Source: the human T2T-CHM13v2.0 reference genome, Homo sapiens. From it: a stretch of 64,000 nt of DNA. Of the stretch, positions 56,269 to 64,000 are shown in pieces; within the stretch, counting starts at the first letter, position 1; the number at the start of each line of letters is the position of its first letter. The stretch lies in assembly GCF_009914755.1 (NCBI RefSeq), contig NC_060936.1; one strand, given 5' to 3'. The notes beneath the pieces were generated by a model. That model ran no database searches and had not been told where the DNA came from. It was given only the letters and a program-made list of their open reading frames with translations. The position numbers and the translations under genes were made by a program.

Positions 56269-57146
56269 CTATTCTGAAGCAGTCCATCTTGAAACATACC
56301 GAATTCCAAACCTTACTATGTTTTACTAACTGCCATTTTGGTTTATCTCTGCCACGGTTCTGTTCTGTGCAGAATGGAGTTGCCTGCAGTTTCAGATGTG
56401 GGGGACAGATGTGACAATTGTGTGTCCTTTTCCTTTTGGACTGTGGGATCAGCCCAGAGCTTGGGCCTTGCTCTGAATGCAGCATTCTACAAACGGCAGG
56501 TCCTGAAATTAAGCAGCTTAGGGGGTTGCATGCAATTGATCTCCCACAAATGCACGCACACAATAACCCAGCACTGAGCTGGAGTGTGTGCCGGTGTGGG
56601 TGAGGTAGGTGTCTTCATGGTGACTTCTTTATTTAATCTTCTCTATGATAGTTCACAACTCTATGAAACAGGGAGTATTGTCCCCAGTGTTTATAGATGG
56701 GGAAAGTAAGACTCAAAGTGACTAGCCCAGGGTGGCAGAAGCACAAAGGGCAGCAGCAGGATCCTAGTCAGTCTGCATGTGAGGACTCCCCACCTTCTCC
56801 CTCCAGGGGAAGTGAGGCCATGGAATTTTTTTTTTTTTTAATTTTTTAATTCTGGAGCAGATTAAGATCAGAAGGCCAAGGACTTAATGCACCTGAGTTT
56901 CAAGGTGGTCTCTTGACCACCAGTGAGGCCACGGACTTTTTTTTTTAAATTTTTTTATTCTGGAGCAGATTAAGATGAGAAGGCCAAGGACTTAATGCAC
57001 CCGAGTTTCAAGGTGGTCTCTGCTTCCTCTCGCAGTCACCCAAAGGCCTTGCCATTTCCCTGTGTGTGAGATCCCGGGAGGGAAAGGGAGAGAAAGGGGT
57101 TTGTTGAAGCTGTTCTTTAGTCACTGTCCTGGAGAGTGGCGCCTAG

Positions 57147-57449
<303 letters not shown>

Positions 57450-58811
57450 TGATCTGCCCGCCTCGGCCTCCCAAAGAGTTGGAATTACAGGCGTGAGCCA
57501 CTACGCCCCGCCCACTTTTTCCTTCTTCAATCCTACTGGACAGACAGGTGAGGTGATTATGACATGGCGCTCATTTATGAATGGATTCTTCAGGCAGTCA
57601 TCTGAGGAGGGGGCTGTATCTTACTTAACTCCAGGAATGAGGCCTCTTATCTCTGGGGGCCAGGACCTCAGGAATCAAAATCAGCCTCATGCAGCAGCCT
57701 CAGCCCAGCACTCACTCCACAAATGTCTGTCAATGTGCTGCCAGGTGCCAGATGCTGTTCTGGGAAGGGAGGGGCCTGGTCTGGGTCCTGCCCTTTGAGA
57801 CTCATAGTGCACCTGCAGCCCCGGGTGCTGGCCCTGACAGGAAGGAGGGAGGAAGCCCAGGCTCCTCAGCATGGCTGCTGTGTTTCCCCGAGAGCTTGCC
57901 CAGCTCTGCGCACAGGAAGTTCACGGTAGTGGAGATAACCCACGGACAAAACATCATAGGAAGTGGGTTTTGTGGTGAGAGACAGTGAAGCACTGAGCTG
58001 TGAACCTCAGGGGGGGCCCCGAGCACTACAAAGCCCTTCTCCCACGCCTTCCTTCCAGTCTGGTGAGGCCAGACCCAGGGATTCTCAGCCTGAGAGGCTT
58101 CCAGCCTCTGGCCTCAAGCCCTTCTGGGGAGACAACTCCCCTAAGCAATGCCCCTCGTGATACTCCACCTGTTCCACCCCCAGACCTACTGGACAGACCC
58201 AGAACTGAGGAGACTGGAGCTGAGCATAGCTGTACCGGTGAGCCCAGCCACACACTCATGTCCCCGCCGTGACAGCCTTCCAACTTAGGTTCAACACCCC
58301 ACCACCCCAACCAGCTTCACTCCTCACAACTCAAGTCCACAAGACCCCTGGGATGCCAACACAGACACCGCACTCAGTTCCATGATCTGAAGTATCATGC
58401 AGATGGCTCCCAGGGATTCCTTCCTGACCTTGCCATCTTCACTTGGATGTGGAACAAAATGGAAAATTCAACATATGCCCAAAACAGGCTCTGAATTTCC
58501 CCTGCAAATCTGCCCCCCAGTCTCCCTCACGTCAGTACACGGTGCCAGCATCCCTCCAGCTGCTCTAACCTGGAAGTCATGCTAGAATCCCCCCTGCTGT
58601 CCCCTTCCACAATCAGCACATCTGCAGGTACTGCCAGCTCTCTCTCTCATCCCCACAGTCACTGCTTTTCTGCCTTCTATACCACTCTCCTCAATCTATT
58701 CTTGACACGGCAGCTACTGTGAGAAGTAAAATTCTCTCTAAAAATCATAAATCAGATCATGTCACTACAGCGGCTTCAAATTGTATTTAAAAACAAATCC
58801 ATGGTGTTTCC

Positions 58812-59780
<969 letters not shown>

Positions 59781-59858
59781 CTACATACACACATGAAAAA
59801 TCCAAACACTGTCGGTGGCTTACGGAGGTCTCACAATTTGGTCCCGCTAGCCTTTTAA

Positions 59859-60281
<423 letters not shown>

Positions 60282-61654
60282 TAACAAGTCAAGCCTCAGG
60301 CCTCTGTGTTGGCTGCTCCCTTTGCAGGGAGTACTAAGAGTAGTCTTTCCTGGCTACTCCGGTGAAAAGAGCTCCCTAATTACTCACTCACTAACCCATT
60401 GCCCTGCATTCTTCTTTTTTTTCCCTCTAATTTAGTTAAGCTGGTGGAGTGTGCCAGACAGGGAGGGAACCCTGGCTGCTGACCTAGCCACTCAGGAATG
60501 AGGTCTGTGCCCTGGTTCTGACTCAGAGGTGGGGAAGAAAAAGCTCCCCAGCTCAGCACGCGGTCTCCTCCCCCATGGTATCAAATGCCCTTAGACTCAC
60601 TCTCATAGGGCTACTACTGGGTGCCTGGAGTGGAGGTCAGAGAGCAGGGACATTGTATTTCGGCAGAGACACAGTCCTGTTTGTGTGTGTGTGTAATGAG
60701 AGCTGGTTAATCTGATCAAACAGTCAAACGTGTGGGAAATTTTATCCCACTGTGGACGGCAGAGATTTCTGACCATGGATCTGAGGGTTTTTTCCTCCTT
60801 TCCTCACTGAACTGAATGTTGCTTAAAGTATCTCTAGCGTCTGAAAGCCCTCTGGGTAGGGTTGTTTATCATAGGGTCCACAAATTCCCTGGAATTAAAT
60901 GCAAAAATGTGGGTTTTGCATATTATTGTGGGCAGTGGTGCACTATTCTAGGGATTTTAACAGATTCTGAAAGGATGCCAGGACCCAGAAAAATAAGAAT
61001 GACTAGCTTAGGTTTTTCAGGCAGGTGATTGTTTTGTTTTTGTTTTTGACACAGGGTGTCGCTCTGTCACCCATGCTGAATACAGTGGCATGATCAGGGC
61101 TCACTGCAACCTTGACCTCCTGAGTTCAGGTGACCCTCCCACCTCAGCCTCTCGAGTAGCTGGGACTACAGGCACATACCACCATGCCCAGCTAATTTTT
61201 TATTTTTTTGTAAAGACAGAGTCTTACTATGTTGCCCAGGATGGTCTTGAACTCCTGGGCTCAAGTGATTTTCCCACCTCAGCCTCCCAAAGTGCTGGGA
61301 TTACAGGTGTGAGCCAGTGCGTCCTGACCATGCAGATGATTTAGAGATGCTGGAATTGGCCTTTGGAGAGAATTGGCTTTAGAAGAGAGTCCAGGGCAAC
61401 AAGTCCAGGACAGACAGAGAGAAGGTGAACGTGTATATGGTGGCCTGCTAGGGGCGGGTGCTCTGGAGGGGATACTGGGGCTACTGCCAACTCTGCCCTA
61501 CTGAACACAGGCTACTCTGCCTGTTAGATGCTGCCTATGCCAGCCTGGCATTATCTCACTTGTCTAGCTAGTCAGAGGAGTTGCCTACCTGGGCACTTGC
61601 AGCTCACAGAGTCACAAAGTTTAGGGTGAAAAGTTAACAGTTTAGAACCCCCAC

Positions 61655-62394
61655 GTCCAAGGCTACGGGAGCCCACCTCTTGCATCAGCGTGACCTGGAT
61701 GTGAGACACGAAGTCAAAGGAAATCACTTTGGAACTTTAAGGCTTAATGAATGCCCTGTTGGATTTTCGATTTGCATGGGGCCTGTAGCCCCTCTGTTTT
61801 GGCTAATTTCTCCCATTTCAAATGGTTGTATTTACGCAATGCCTATACCTCCATTGTATCTAGGAAGTGACTTAACTTGCTTTTGATTTTACAGGCTCAT
61901 AGGGGAAGGGACTTGCCTTGTCTCAGATGGGAGTTTGGACTTGGACTTTTGGGTTAATGCTGGAATTAGCTAAGACTTTGGGGGGACTGTTGGAAAGGCA
62001 TGATTGTGTTTTGAAATGTGAGGACATGAGATTTGGGAGGGGTTAGTGGTGAAATGATATGGTTTGGCTGTTTCCTCACCCAAATCTCATCTTGAGTCGT
62101 AGGTCCCATAATCCCCACATGTGATGGAAGGGACCCAGTGGGAGATAATTGAATCATGGGGCAGTTTCCACCATGCTATCCTTGTGATAGTAAGTTCTCA
62201 CGAAATCTGATGGTTTTATGAGGGGCTTCCCCTTTTGCTCGGCTCTCATTCTTCTCTCTCCTGACACCTCATGAGGAAGGACATGTTTGCTTCCCCTTCT
62301 GCCATGATTATAGGTTTCCTGAGGTCTCCCCAGCCCTGCAGAACTGTGAGTTAATTAAACCTCTCTCCTTTATAAATGAGAATGGACTAATACA
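61655..62394 (+). mobile_element. MaLR THE1/MST-type element: internal 3' fragment plus 3' LTR (62055-62394)
   Basis: Internal-region sequence GGAGCCCACCTCTTGCATCAGCGTGACCTGGATGTGAGAC. LTR runs TGATATGGTTTGGCTG...GGACTAATACA. Confidence 0.85.
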
Positions 62395-62724
62395 CTCCAG
62401 TACAAGAGATTCAGGTGAAAGAGCTTCCGAAGGATGGGTAGCATAGGGTTAGGAGGAGAAAGATAACGAAAGAACCCAGTTTGAGAGGAAGGACCGCTAA
62501 TATGCTTGCTTCCATTCCATACAACCTTTCCATTGCTACAAAGATTCCCTAGAGATCACTGCCAAGCTCCTCCCATCTCTGCCAAACTCTTCACCCTTCC
62601 CTTTCCAGAAGCCTAATCTATACATTCCTTGTCCACCAGACCCTGTCATTGCATCCCTGATACTTGCTTGCCTTGATTTATTTATTATTTTTTTTTAGAG
62701 ACTGGGTCTCACTCTATTGCCTAG

Positions 62725-62877
<153 letters not shown>

Positions 62878-63007
62878 TGACATTGCCCAGGCTGGTCTTG
62901 AACTCCTGGCCTCAAGCAATCCTCCTGCCACAGCCTCCCAAAGTTCTGGGATTACAGGCATGAGCTACTGTGCTTGGCCTATTTTACTTTATTTGTATCT
63001 TTTTTAG

Positions 63008-63151
<144 letters not shown>

Positions 63152-64000
63152 TAATTTTTTATTTTTGTAGAGATGGGATTTTGATATGTTGCCCAGGCTG
63201 GTCTGGCCTTGCTTTATAAGTGCTGCCAAGTATCTGTCTTCCCTGGGAAGATGTGAGCTTCCTGAAGAAATGAACTCAACAGGGCTCACACTCAGCCCTT
63301 CCTTCCACAGCCCTAGTCCTCTTTTCAGCATCACCCCTAACCTAGAGGAAGGAGGGAGGCTGGGGGAGGACAAGGACAGGAAGCAGCTCTACTGGAGTGG
63401 CCCCAGCGCTTACACTGGGAAGTGTGGAGTCAGTTCCTGCCCTCACTATTGGGAGTTTGAGCACAGGAGGTCAATCTGGGAGAGCCCCAGACACCACATG
63501 CCTCCTACGAGGAGGGCTAAGCTTGTGGAGACTCTCAGCCTAAAGGTGTCTCAGTCCCACAGCCTTTCCTAGTTCAGGCCCCATCATCTCCTACTCTCAA
63601 GTGAGTGTAAGAACTTCCTCTCCAGACTGTGAGTCCTCTGCCTCTCTTCCTGCCGATTATCCTCCTCCAAAGCTGCCATCCTTCTGAAATGAAGTCACAG
63701 TACAGATGAAACACTTTCAACGACTCCTTCTTACTTTCTAAATAAATGCTTTTAGCATGACATGAATGTCAATTCAACATTTTTTTTTTTGAGACAGGGT
63801 CATGCTCTGGCTCAGCCTCCCGAGTAGCTGGGACTACAGGCACATGCCGTCATGCCAGGCTAATTTTTGTAATTTTTATAGAAAAAAGGTCTTGACATGT
63901 TGCCCAGGCTGTCTTGAACTCCTGGGCTCAAGTGATCCACCCGCCTCGGCCTCCCTAAGTGCTGGGATTACAGGGGTGAGCCACTGTCCCTGGCCAATTT

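Overview
Human-type (primate) genomic DNA that I recognise as the BIN2-CELA1-GALNT6 locus (12q13). All three genes are on the minus strand, head-to-tail. The window holds (i) the 5' end of BIN2: CpG-rich promoter, coding exon 1 at 12837-12917 and exon 2 at 2646-2726, with the gene continuing past base 1; (ii) the complete 8-exon CELA1 gene (ATG 35444 to TGA 17384; 777-nt CDS, 258 aa, His/Asp/Ser triad intact); and (iii) the last 8 coding exons and 3' UTR of GALNT6 (54387 down to stop at 43189). I checked all exon boundaries by hand for GT-AG ends and frame continuity. The rest is very Alu-dense, with L1, MaLR/ERV1 LTRs, hAT DNA-transposon fossils and microsatellites. Most ORFs in the supplied track are Alu-derived or antisense shadows. 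The most notable observations are: a 23-bp duplication in CELA1 exon 1 that creates a premature donor and truncates the signal peptide while leaving the ancestral exon end in intron 1; a degenerate PTF1 site in the CELA1 pancreatic enhancer; a GALNT6 exon whose splicing regenerates an identical 5' splice site (recursive-splicing architecture); three possible BIN2 N-termini (extended, canonical, and Met-only lacking the amphipathic helix); and frame-compatible CELA1-to-BIN2 read-through. I found no wholly new gene system. The novelty candidates are splicing, regulatory and micro-rearrangement features. Repeat family names are from recall of consensus sequences, not from a RepeatMasker run.
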